From: Ruditapes philippinarum
Lineage: Eukaryota
Reading direction: 5' to 3'
Assembly (NCBI RefSeq): GCF_026571515.1
Contig: NW_026860239.1
Coordinates: 1 to 64,000 of the forward strand
DNA length: 64,000 nt
Positions 26,943 to 38,169 of this stretch are shown one piece after another (position 1 is the stretch's first letter; every line of letters begins with the position of its first letter). Below the pieces are notes generated by a model, which worked only from the letters and a program-made list of their open reading frames with translations, did no database searches and was not told where the DNA came from. A program made the translations under genes and the position numbers.

Positions 26943-28189
26943 TTGTTTGTTTGTTTCATTGTACGCCTTTTTCCAACAGTATTTCAGTCATATCAGGGCT
27001 CAAGCTACTGGGCGATTCGGGCGAAATAGTCGCCGAATTCCGTCTGACTTCGCCGACATCCTACATGAAAGCGAAGATGAAGTCGCCCGATTTTATTGAT
27101 CCATTATTGACAATTACCAACAATAACTGTGAATAACATGTTGTGTGTGTTTGCTTAGTTTACCCTCGCCGCCGGAAAAAGGGACTGTCATGCATCTCAA
27201 TCAACACGAAATGTCATTAATCCGTTTGTTTACCAACATGTCATAAAAGTCTAATTAACAGACACTGGAGGAACAATTAGACTCCGCCCACGGCGAGATT
27301 ACCGATACATGCGAGAAACCAATCGCAATTCACGTTTCAATCGAGGCGACATTATTAAACCAATCATTAAATCGCTAACATACAACTACCAGTAACAATT
27401 ATTTATGATGGACGGATCAAACGTCAATTAAATTTTCACTATCGAATGATTGTCAGAATTAAGAGGACCGCTCGACATATAACTGTAACGGTAATTTTAA
27501 ATGAAAGTTATGATAACCTTTTTTGTTGACGAGTTAAATTTGATAAAATTGACGGCGTATTACAATGTATTTATTACAAATGTAGTTAAATTAAAGACCG
27601 TTTCTTTTGTTATCTACTTTCATTTTCTTTACAACATAAGTGAATATGAATTTAATGTCCGGCGCAAGCTTTTTAATAGTAAATCAGAAGGGAATAACTG
27701 TTAATCCACCCATGATATGATCCATGATAGGAATCAACTATGTCTTTTTTATCTTCATTTAATGCAATGGTTGCATTACATGATACTCACTCTTATTATT
27801 ACTTGTTTCAAACTACTTTTAAATTAAAATTGAATATTCTGTTGTAACACAAATCCAATTCATTTAATAAGATATGTACAGCCGAGTCAACATAATTGCA
27901 ATAACATACAACAAACATCGATAAATGAATCTCCTCACTTCTCCCTAAAGTCTCCCACTTTTCCCTAAAGCAGCTGGAGGGAGAAGTGACTTCTCCCTAA
28001 ATTTTGAACCTAGCTTGAGCCCTGCATATAAGCGGGAAGTTTCCTAACCATCGTTCCTGGAGAGTTACACCAGTACTAGACTACCTTCCTCCGCGCTAAA
28101 CTACCAAAGCATCTCCCGGGGATTGAACCCACGCCAGAGAGGTTACTGGATTAGAAGTCATCGACTCTAACCCCTCGACCACGGAGGCG
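26943..28189 (-). mobile_element. tRNA-derived SINE interrupted by a DNA transposon
   Basis: 14-bp TSD GTTATTAATGACGT at 26929-26942 and 28190-28203. The minus-strand head has A box TGGTCGAGGGG and B box GGTTCAATCCC, with an (AAAC)n tail at ~26943-26955. Confidence 0.9.
26994..28024. mobile_element. Non-autonomous TIR DNA transposon with hAT-like termini and a 5-bp TSD (hAT5-like)
   Basis: 14-bp TIR CAGGGCTCAAGCTA at 26994-27007 and 28011-28024. TSD CATAT at 26989-26993 and 28025-28029. Confidence 0.88.
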
Positions 28190-28259
28190 GTTATTAATGA
28201 CGTATTTATCCCAGATAAAAATTATCGTTTGTTTCCTCTGACCCATTCTATTTAGTAAA

Positions 28260-28592
28260 ACATTTTATCTGCATATCAAATTAAAGCAATCCCAAGCTGC
28301 CTCTTGATATAACCTACCCATATACCAAGTTTGGTGTCAATAGGCCAAAGTAAACTCAAGTTATTGAGCGGAAACTGAATTTCTATTTTTAGTAACAGTG
28401 ACCTTGATCACACACACCTTGGTAGCAATCCCAAGCTGCCTCTTGATATAAGCTACCTACACACCAAGTTTGGTATCAAAAGGCCAAAGCAAACTAAAGT
28501 TATTTAGTGGAAACCAAAAGTTGACGCCTGCCCGCCCCCCCGCCAACTTCGGCATTACAATAACCCGGTTTTCGTTGAAAACCTGGTTAAAA
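28260..28592 (-). mobile_element. Partial Helentron-associated (HINE-like) element
   Basis: Two internal repeats (GCAATCCCAAGCTGCCTCTTGATATAA), a CGCC microsatellite, and the palindrome AACCCGGTTTTC...GAAAACCTGGTT before an A-run. Confidence 0.6.
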
Positions 28593-29534
28593 ATCAACTT
28601 ACTAATCTATTGAGACCACTGCACTTACCTAACTGGTATTTTGGATTTCGATCTTTAAGTCTTCCATAAAATAACATTTTATTAATAAAAGAGAAAGTGA
28701 ACAGTCTTCCTTCAAATCAAACATATTTGTAAGTAGATATGTAAGTTTCTTTAAAAGTATGGTGCAAAAGAAAACTATGCCAGTTATTATCAGTCAAACG
28801 GAATAAAAAAGCTGTGTTAGAATTCAGTGTTGTGCGGTGCTCTAATATGCATCTCCGTTAGACTTTTTGCATCACATATTCCCAAAAAATTACAATAGAA
28901 ACACACACATTTGTGTGGAACTTTATGTTATGCTGAACCATTACATATATACGGCTCGTCAGGTCATAGCAAAATCACATCGTCGTTAAAGCCCAGGTTT
29001 TTGTGATAAGTACAAGTCATGTTGAGGTTGACATGACCTTTTGTAAACACTATTTCTTCGAAATATGTGATGTTCTGCCAATTGTGTCGTGCTAGATAAA
29101 CGATGAAATGTTTCAAAAATTTGATGGAATAATTAAAACGTTGAAAAAAGTTTGCAATCTCTTACAGTAAGATATTTTATAAGCTATTTCCTATAATTTG
29201 ACTAGCCCGCCACAACTATTTTGTCCAGAAAGATACGGTGTCTCGGGCAGAAGTATGATATTTTGACGTTGCGCGGAAAAGTTGTGGTAAACGCCCTATC
29301 ACTGTGTATGATTTTAATTTGTGTTACATGCTTCTACGGCCTTAAAATAAGAATGATCTACAGATAAAAGTAAATTTAAAGGAATATATTTACAGTCTGT
29401 ATATAAAACAGGCTATCCTAGCTCTGCAGTCCATATTTGTGGAAATAGGTCTATTTAAATTGGCACACACCCATAATAGACACCCATTCATAATGGTGCT
29501 TATCAACTCAAAAAAGTAAAAATAAAGTCAAATA

Positions 29535-30200
29535 AATTTAATCAAAGCACAGAAGGCGCTGAATTTGTTTGGGTCTCAGAATGTCAGAAAGGTGAAGGTT
29601 GTGAGATTATAAACCAATTTGTTTTTGTATAGTGCCACCAATGCTGTTTCTAGTGTTTTAACTGTAGTAAATAGGCTATAAGACTAATTGCAACACTGTT
29701 ATTCAATTCAATGTTTATTTGACTTAAACAATTTTTAAAAAAAAATGAGTTGCCTTAACTGGGATTTGAACTCCAGACTTCTATCTTCCTAAGCGAGCAT
29801 GCAAACCCCTCGGCCACGGTGAATTTATATGATATTGGCGTGAAGAAAACCACATTATTCTAAATTAGGGTTTGTAACCCTTATTATTTTGAAACCTGCT
29901 GTTTCACACAGATGTAAATAATCATGGAGCTTACTATAAACATGTATATCTATAAAGAATAAAACAATATTAGAAATCTTCGACCATTCGGAAACTATTT
30001 TGCTTGAAAATGAATGCGCCTGTCATTTGACAATCTTTACGCAGTGATCTCCCCTGAATTTTTCGGCGTTAGTATACATATAAAGGGAAGTAATCGCTTC
30101 AGCAAAGCGGACTACTTTCGGCATTTGCAATTAACAGCATCACACTCTGAAATTTCGCTACCATTATTTGTTTGGTCTGATGACCCAAACAAATAAAAAT
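29535..30200 (-). repeat. ~660-bp module that is an inverted diverged copy of ~39888-40562
   Basis: For example, CACAGAAGGCGCTGAATTTGTTTG and TGTATAGTGCCACCAATG have reverse complements in 40460-40560. Confidence 0.9.
29747..29823 (-). pseudogene. tRNA-Pro(AGG)-like sequence followed by a T-run
   Basis: Minus strand reads TGGCCGAGGGG...CTCGCTTAGGAAG...GAGTTCAAATCCC, then T9. The acceptor stem does not pair. Confidence 0.6.
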
Positions 30201-33200
30201 CAATAAACACTTTTTCATTTTTAAAATATCAGGAGCAATCACTCAGATAAGATAACATAATATTTTGCATTTCTATACTTCAGAAAATTTATTTTGTTAG
30301 CATTTTAGAAGCTTAAATTTTTATTTTCTTAAAGCCAATCAAACATGCTGAAAATTCTACTTTAATATCGATAAACCTGATATAAAATGGTGTATGCATA
30401 ATTTATTGCACTTAACAATTTTATGAATGCAACCATTCAACTACATATTGCTTTTTCAAAATATTAACTTGTATAAAATTTACTAACAACCAATATTTAA
30501 GCTATGAAAAACACAATGCAACTTTAAAGGCCTTAAGAAATATATTATACATTTACTTACAGGTTTCTCGCTTTGAAATAAAAGAAAAAACAACAGATTT
30601 TTGCAACAAAATCCTTTTTCCTATATTCAATATTTAGCTCTAACTCATTGTTAATGCAGCCCTACGGCTCTTAAATGGTATCACTGGAAAAACTAAATCT
30701 GACGACTTTTTTTTGTAAACAGCCTAATCTGGCCTTTTAATCTTATCTAACTTTACTAAAAAGAGGATTTCATGCCTGACAAACTTAACTGATTATGAAA
30801 TAAACCTTTTCATTCATCAGAATATTTTCATTCATTACCTAATGATAATGTTAATAAAAAATCTGAGAGAAAAAAAAAACACATTCGCAAATGAACATAA
30901 AATACAAAGTGATTCATTGAAAGACAGACTTTGACCATGTGTAAATTACAACAATTAAGTAGCTAATTGGTGAGAATTAGAACCTCCTGTTCTTTGAATA
31001 CAACTTGTTAACCTTGTTTTGTACAATATCCTCTACAAAAATGTTCACTTGGTTTAATATAAAAAATAAAATAAAACTAGAGACGTCCATAAGACTACCT
31101 GCTCAACTATTCTCAGTGCTTGACAGTAATTAAGAGGGGTATAATGCTGTAAAAAGGTAACTCAGGAGTTATGGGACCTGTGCCCATCATGTTAGATAAT
31201 CACAGAGAACAAGACAGTGTGTGAAGTTTCAACCCTTTCCCATCAATAGTTTTGGAGATACCAGCTTGCCTGTAAAACCATAACCCAAAGTTGGATGGTG
31301 AGGTCAACACCCATGCCCACACCTGAGCTCCCTATCTTTCTAGTTGAGCTAAAAATAGGATCAACAGAGCCTTGTTTCAGTAAGATTTTAATTAACACAT
31401 GCATGTTATATTGACTTAATTTAGGCCAAATATAAATTTTTCAGCTTTACTGGTAAAGATCCCATTTGCTTGCCCGAACTACAATTTATCTTCTAAAACT
31501 GATACATTCTTAAACCTCCAACTTTCTAAAAGCTCCTTCAAAAGTTCAATCAATGGAAAAAAACTTCAAAATCTTCAACTTAATTTGAACCACAATAAGG
31601 TGGTGAGGAAAAAGTAATTAAAGACTACTTGCAATAAGTGGAGCAGGTGGTTAAAATATCTGTCTGATTGTTGTGTAACAGGCTTTGTCTTTTTCCTCGG
31701 AATTGTATTTTTACAAAAAAGACACCAATACTGTGTATTGTAGCTTAATTTGTACATAAAAAATATTTTTTAAGTTAAAAAAAAGCCCACAACAGTAAGT
31801 TGGCCACTTGTTGTTGAGAAATTTGTCAGAAGGACTGGAAATAATTTGAATACTGGTATTTTAATAAAGTTTTCTGCTTTTAGTTCATGAAATTGTTGTA
31901 AATTAGATGGTGGGTGTTTCTGTTAAACGCTCTGAACACTTTAATTCTAAGAAACCAGGCAACTATTTTAATGTACTATACATTGTTCTTTGAAACATCT
32001 TCTTGCTTCAAAAAGTCTGAAATATATTTTAATTTTTTTCCAACTTTTATTCTAAATATACTGTATTTTTACCACATTTATAAAACACTATACTTGTAGT
32101 GATGAAACTTTCACTTAGTTCTTTCTCAAAATATTCATAATAAGAGTTTAAGAATTAAGAAGACTAGGTTTTCTTGACTAATCTTGGGGTATGTGAACTT
32201 CCTCAGTTACAACTTCAAAAATAAGCACAACTGGTTGACGAATCTATTGTGAACAGCAGTGCACTGTGAAGAGTGTGTTATGGAAAATGATAGGGTTCCT
32301 TTTTCTGGTGAACCTCACACTCGTTAGAGTTGAAATTTGCTATGTCCAATCCTGTCCGAAAGTTCTAGTTTATCATAATGTGTCTGTCACTTTATAGTCA
32401 GTTATACTATTGTGTCACCCTATCATACCCTTACATTACTTTTGGCTGTTTCTGGCAAGACATTGATATATGCCAAAAACAGGAAGGGTCCAACATGATA
32501 CTGAGGGACACTGGATAAGATTGATAAGACCAATGACCTTCAAATGCAACCCCCTGGTTCTGGTTGGTCAAAAAAGACCTAATCCAGAATGACACTTGTT
32601 GGTTGTCTTGACACCCATATTTTTGTTTGTGTATAAACCTGTAACTTTGTCAAAAAACTTTATTGTCCTTTGTCTTGGATGTCAAAGACCTCTGAAGAGA
32701 AACTTAGAAACTGAGTTTTGTAACTATGTTTAGTAAGACGGGAACCATGTTGATTGGGGATGAAGATACTGTGCTTATCAATGTAAATCATCAGGTTTAA
32801 GACTCTTTTTAATGGTATTTACTCAACACAGGATTACATCAAGATTACGAAGATGCTGAAAAAAATTAAATAGTGATGCTGACCCTGTATAAAAATATTA
32901 GTTTTATTTAAAGGTATAATTATGTATATATTAAACATATTTCATAATAGCTCTATGAATAATTTCATCCTTCTATTAAAATTATAAACATTCAATAATT
33001 ATAACTAGTTACTTTTTTAATTCAGCAAGTTTATGGTTGTGTATAAAGTAACAACATACATGATACATTAGCTTAGAGTTCACTAGACTGTACGTAACTT
33101 TGTAGTTTAAAGTCTTCAGCATTACAGGTTACATTCTATGACATGACGTGAATGCCACATCAGACAAAAGAAAAAATGTTTAAAATGTGGATTTTAAAGT

Positions 33201-33531
33201 TTTGGAAGCCAGAACTAGACTACATGTGAAATCATATGTATGCAGATTAAACTAAAAGAAAATGGAATGAACATTATTTTATGTATCCATGTTTTAGGCT
33301 ATACCATGATATATTCAAAGTCTTAAACGTTAATCTGACTAACCATAGTAGATTACACCTTTTTGATAAATTCAAAATTTATTAACATTAGAAACCGTAA
33401 TCATTTTTGGCGTTTTATTTGCATTTGCACAAAATTTTGACACATTAACATTTTTTTTTATACAGGCATCAAATAACCAGCTCTTTTCGTGCATGGAAAA
33501 ATAACTGAAAAGAAGAAAAAGGCTGACTTAC

Positions 33532-33633
33532 TGCTCTAAATATTTTCCATGGGCCCGTCAGCTTTTTTTCCGGAGGAGATTTTATCATCCAACCCGAGTA
33601 AACTACGTGGTTCATTTCTTTCTTATGGCTCAT
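33532..33633 (-). CDS. GAB: First coding exon of a GRB2-associated binder (GAB/DOS) PH-domain adaptor
   Basis: Translates MSHKKEMNHVVYSGWMIKSPPEKKLTGPWKIFRA, matching the GAB1 N-terminus VVCSGWLRKSPPEKKL. It ends at a phase-0 GTAAGT donor and has an in-frame TGA upstream of the ATG. Later exons were not found in the window. Confidence 0.9.
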
Positions 33634-33749
33634 TAACCTTTGTTTAACATTATCTTCAAAGTTAAAATGCAGCTGTCACTTTTAAAAGCATGTAAATAAG
33701 TGAAATAATGCCAAAATTGTAAAAATTTGTTCCAAACTAATTGTTTTTC

Positions 33750-33860
33750 TTAAAAATGGCTCACACCCGGAAGTACGTCAAGTTGAGAGTAAGTAATTCC
33801 TAACGCTATATCTGATTGGACAAAACGAAAGTAGAATATAATTTTATCCAATGAGAAAAC
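33750..33860. promoter_or_regulatory. Candidate bidirectional promoter (GAB leftward, calpain-D rightward)
   Basis: ETS site CCGGAAGT at 33767-33774, TACGTCA at 33774-33780, opposed CCAAT boxes (ATTGG 33815-33819, CCAAT 33848-33852) and YY1-like AAAATGGC at 33753-33760. Confidence 0.65.
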
Positions 33861-33889
33861 TCGTAATAACTGCTTAGTGTTGACTAAAA

Positions 33890-34063
33890 GTCATAGGTCA
33901 AATTGCTGTCAACAGAACAGTTGTAGGTATTTTAATATTTATTTTCTGTTTTGAATTCAGATCGTGTTATTGTAGATGTTTATATTTAGTACATACGGAA
34001 GTTAATGAGTGAACCAAAAAAGTAGAAATCGCTTGAATGCTTAAAACAGATTGATTTTCTAAG
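33890..34063 (+). other. Candidate non-coding first exon of the calpain gene
   Basis: Lies just downstream of the promoter motifs and ends at AAG|GTAAAA (34063/34064). The start is a guess. Confidence 0.35.
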
Positions 34064-34714
34064 GTAAAAAATAACTGTGATATGAATGGTTTAGAAATCT
34101 TGCTGTTCTAGTAGAATGATTCATACCACGCTGTGTGAGTCAAGCATGGAACATACATGAAGTATTAATTGGATTTATCCTCTTCATCATACTTCCCTGT
34201 TTTTGTTATTTTGATTTGAAAGTTCCTGCATGCCAATTTAATTTGTTAAAGGGTAGGCAGCTGAGTCTGGAAATGTTTGTAAGGTGATACATTGTATCAA
34301 GTCACTTTTATTCTACTGTATATCATGAACATGCCTCCAGAACAACAATCAATATTCATGCACAAAATGAAGTAGCTTCCTGCTTAATTGGTAATAATTG
34401 TTTCTAATTTGCATTGGCCATCAAGTCAGAATATAAACAAAACAATCTCATCTGCAGTGATAGTGGCAATAGTGCAGTTAAACACTGTCATTGTCAGGGA
34501 TGGGCCAAAATTTAGAAAAGAGCATTTTAACACAGACCTGTTTTACACATAAGTAAATATGGTTCTTCAATTAAGAAGTAAAAAGAATTACTTTGTGTTA
34601 TGTCATTAATAAATAATCTTGCACAATTGCCTTCTGTCAGTATTATAGGTACTTTGATTTAGATTGCTGACCCTTAAAGTTACTTTGTAGATATGTATAA
34701 TGCAGAAATGAAAT

Positions 34715-34935
34715 GAGCCGCGCCATGACAAAACCAACATAATGGGTTTGCGACAAGCATGGATCCAGACCAGCCTGCGCATCCGCACAGTCTGATCAGG
34801 ATCCATGCTGTTCGCTTACCAACCCTAGGCTATTACAAGTAGAGAAACTGATAGCAAACAGCATGGATCCTGATCAGGATGCGCAGGCTGGTCTGGATCC
34901 ATGCTGGTCGCAAACCCATTGTCATGACTCGGCTC
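34715..34935. mobile_element. MITE, Sola2-like (GAG termini, 4-bp TSD), internally deleted copy
   Basis: GAGCCG...CGGCTC termini, AAAT on both sides, long internal inverted repeats. Same family as 50787-51021. Confidence 0.85.
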
Positions 34936-35174
34936 AAATACATTTTGATGCATATAGGCAATATATATATATACACAGCATTGAATGTCAAGTTTAAAAA
35001 ATGTACTGTTCTTCATGCCAAAAAAGTAAAACTACATGTACATGTCAATGAATTAATTTAAAAGAATAAAAGTAACATTAGCATCTCCACTCATACTTTC
35101 TTTTTTTGTATAAATTAAAAAAATTATCCTGTCCAGCTTAGCTTTTTTATTTTGTTCACAGAATTTTTTTCAGG

Positions 35175-35531
35175 TTAAAGCAGCACGCCTCCAGATTCAC
35201 GCTAATTTTCATGAAAATTTTGAAAATGTATTTATACGTTTGATATTGTGAAATATCCAAAAGGAAACAATGGACTCATTATAAATGGCACTTACAACCA
35301 ACGTAAATTACCAAAAAGCGGTCAAAATATGCATAAATAGCCCTTACTGCGTTAGTAACTCAGTAGAAATAAAGTTGTAAATACTGCAAAATCAGTCATT
35401 AACCGCACATGAGATGTAAAATATTACTTGAATCTTGAATCATATTACTTTTCCTAAAACCGTCTTACATATTTCTCAAGTTTAATTTTATTGATACATT
35501 TTGACTCATCTGGAGGAAGCATGCACCTTTA
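35175..35531. mobile_element. Degenerate MITE with TTAAAG...CTTTA ends
   Basis: Imperfect inverted repeat TTAAAGCAGCACGCCTCCAGAT / ATCTGGAGGAAGCATGCACCTTTA. Confidence 0.55.
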
Positions 35532-36990
35532 GAAAGTCTTGCATAAATGTAGATCAAGTGATGCATTTAATCAGGATTTTTACAAACAAGTTATTTAGTC
35601 CAGACTTACATCAAACGAAATTCCAGTCCCTCAAAAAAATTAGCGAAGTCCCTCTATGGTAGATTTAGATACTGAAATTTTGAAGCCAAATTCCTTACTC
35701 AAACCTGGTCAGACTACACAGAAATGTTGGCTAGGCAGCTGGGGTAGGAAAGTTATTATTCCACTAATATGTTACAACGGATTAATAATATCTTTATTTC
35801 CTCGAAAAGAAGTAAAAGAAAATCAAAAACAAAAAAAGCTACATATGTACTTAAATAAATGACTTTTATAAATGAAGTTAACATTGACTTTCATCACCTT
35901 ATCATCATCACAGGGCCAATGTGAAAAATTCTGTTGTAAGTTGACTCATGAATGTTAGACAGTTTAGAATAATGAAAGCTAAAATGTAAAGAAAAATGGC
36001 TAGTTAAGTTATACAATTAATTATTTTCATAATAACTCTTCAGACTAGGAGATATTTAACTTCCAAAGTATGTTTCTTACAGATACTTCACTTTTGTTTG
36101 TTTTTCTTTAGCGTTGAGGAATTTGCGTTCAATAATATTATTGATTTTTATTGATTTACTCTTCAGCTATAACAATGTAGAGAAAACATGTTTGTAGTTG
36201 ACAACTGATGAATATATAATATATGAAGAAAGTAAGTCACATGACTACAATTATTATTTTACAATATATAATAATAGTGTGAGTATTAAAGTCCACTCAT
36301 TAAAACCAGAAGTAAATAAATTATTAATAATAATAATTATAATTAGTTCATAATTGTAATAGTCATGATCACAAAAAATTATAAACTATTAGTCCGTCAG
36401 TTGTGTTTTGATCAAAAATAAGAAGCGATATTCTATGAAATGTTGGAAATTACAATGGATTCTGAATCTGTTAGTAATGTAGAGTAAATTGGGAACCCAC
36501 CAGAAAATTTTCAAATATGCGAGAATCAGTATTAGAAACAAGTTTCACCTATGGCCTAAAAGGAAAGATTAAGACCCGGAGGTTTTCAATATAGTGAAAT
36601 TTCTGATGAAATTAAATGTATAACGCATCTAAGTTTTATACATTTTCAGTGATGCTTAAAAAACTGTTCAATTTTCATTTCCTGCAGTAAAACCTTCCAT
36701 TATTTGGAAATATTGTTAAATATTAAAATGTTTAGTCTCATGTCAGGAGGATAACAGTTCCGTATAAATTACAGGAACTTAACTATTTATCTATTTCTCA
36801 GTATAATATTATTCAGGTTAGAAATTGTTTTAACCAAGTAGTTTGACCTTTTGTAATATGAAAGTAAAGTTAATTATTTGTTCTGACCTTCAAGAAGAAG
36901 GTGAAATGTAAAGGTCACAGTTGTTAAATATTAATATATCCATGTCTTTACATACATTATTATAAACTGTCAAAGGTCAAAAACATTTCA

Positions 36991-38079
36991 TTTTTGTGCC
37001 CCCACGTTAGTGGCGGGCATTTAGATTTACCCTTGTCCGTCCTTCCGTCCGTCCGTCCGTTCACTTTTGTGTCGCACTTAACTCAAAAAGTATTTGACCT
37101 AGAGTCATGAAACTTTACAGGAATGTTGATCAGCATCTGTAGTTGTGCACCTGGGTATTTTGGTCTGGATATTTTTAGTATTTTCAGAGTTATTGCCCTT
37201 GACTTAGTAAAATTTTGCAATTTTCACTTGTGTCGCATGTAACTCAAAAAGTATTTGACCTACAGTCATGAAACTTTACAGGAATGTTGATCAGCATGTG
37301 TAGTTGTGCACCTGGGTATTTTCGTCTGGATATTTTTAGTATTTTCAGAGTTATTGCCCTTGACTTAGTAAAATTTTGCAATTTTCAACTTGTGTCGCAC
37401 GTAACTCAAAAAGTATTTGACCTAGAGTCATGAAACTTTACAGGAATGTTGATCAGAATGTGTAGTTGTGCACCTGGGTATTTTCGTGTGCATATTTTTA
37501 GTATTTTTAGAGTTATTGCCCTTGACTTAGTAAAATTTTGCAATTTTCAACTTGTGTCGCACATAACTCAAAAAGTATTTGACCTAGAGTCATGAAACTT
37601 TACAGGAATGTTGATCAGCATGTGTAGTTGTGCACCTGGGTATTTTCGTCTGGATATTTTTAGTATTTTCAGAGTTATTGCCCTTGACTTAGTAAAATTT
37701 GGCAATTTTCAACATGTGTCGCACATAACTCAAAAAGTATTTGACCTAGAGTCATGTAACTTTACAGGAATATTGATTAGCATGTGCAGTTGTGCACCAG
37801 GTATTTTCGTCTGGATTTATTTAGTATTTTTAGAGTTATTGCCCTTCACTTAGAAAATTTTTGCAATTTTCAACTTGTGTCGCAAGTTTCTCAAAAAGGA
37901 TTTGACATAGTCAATAAACCTTATGGGCAGGTTGCTCAGCATATTTTAGATTTGCACCTGGGGTTTCGCTTGTGGATTTATCCAGTATTTGTAGAGTTAT
38001 TTCCCTTGACTTAGTAAAAAGATTGACAGAACAGTGTTGCGGTGGGGGCACCCGTGTCCTATGGACACATTTCTAGTTT
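36991..38079 (+). mobile_element. Helentron-associated non-autonomous element (HINE/DINE-1-like) with ~6 x 162-bp internal repeats
   Basis: Subterminal IR GTGCCCCCAC (36996) / GTGGGGGCAC (38042), a (GTCC)n microsatellite, 162-bp period (37242, 37404, 37566, 37728), 3' hairpin GTGTCC-TAT-GGACAC and T-rich flanks. Confidence 0.88.
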
Positions 38080-38169
38080 AAGCTATGATTAAGAAAGGGT
38101 CAGTATGTGACCTACAAGGTGAAAGGTCATCGTAGAAGTTTGGAGTTGGTTATAGAATTTTATTTGATT

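Noticed and set aside
29747-29823. Functional tRNA-Pro gene (also at 40271-40346)
   Set aside because: The acceptor stem does not pair, and the anticodon and T stems have mismatches.
32100-32800. Moderately GC-rich stretch tested as GAB exon 2
   Set aside because: The frames I translated had stops and no PH-domain residues; it is probably a decayed TE.
34606-35061. Short ORFs with MDPDQ.../RRLVWIHA (also 50831-51013)
   Set aside because: They derive from the palindromic MITE.
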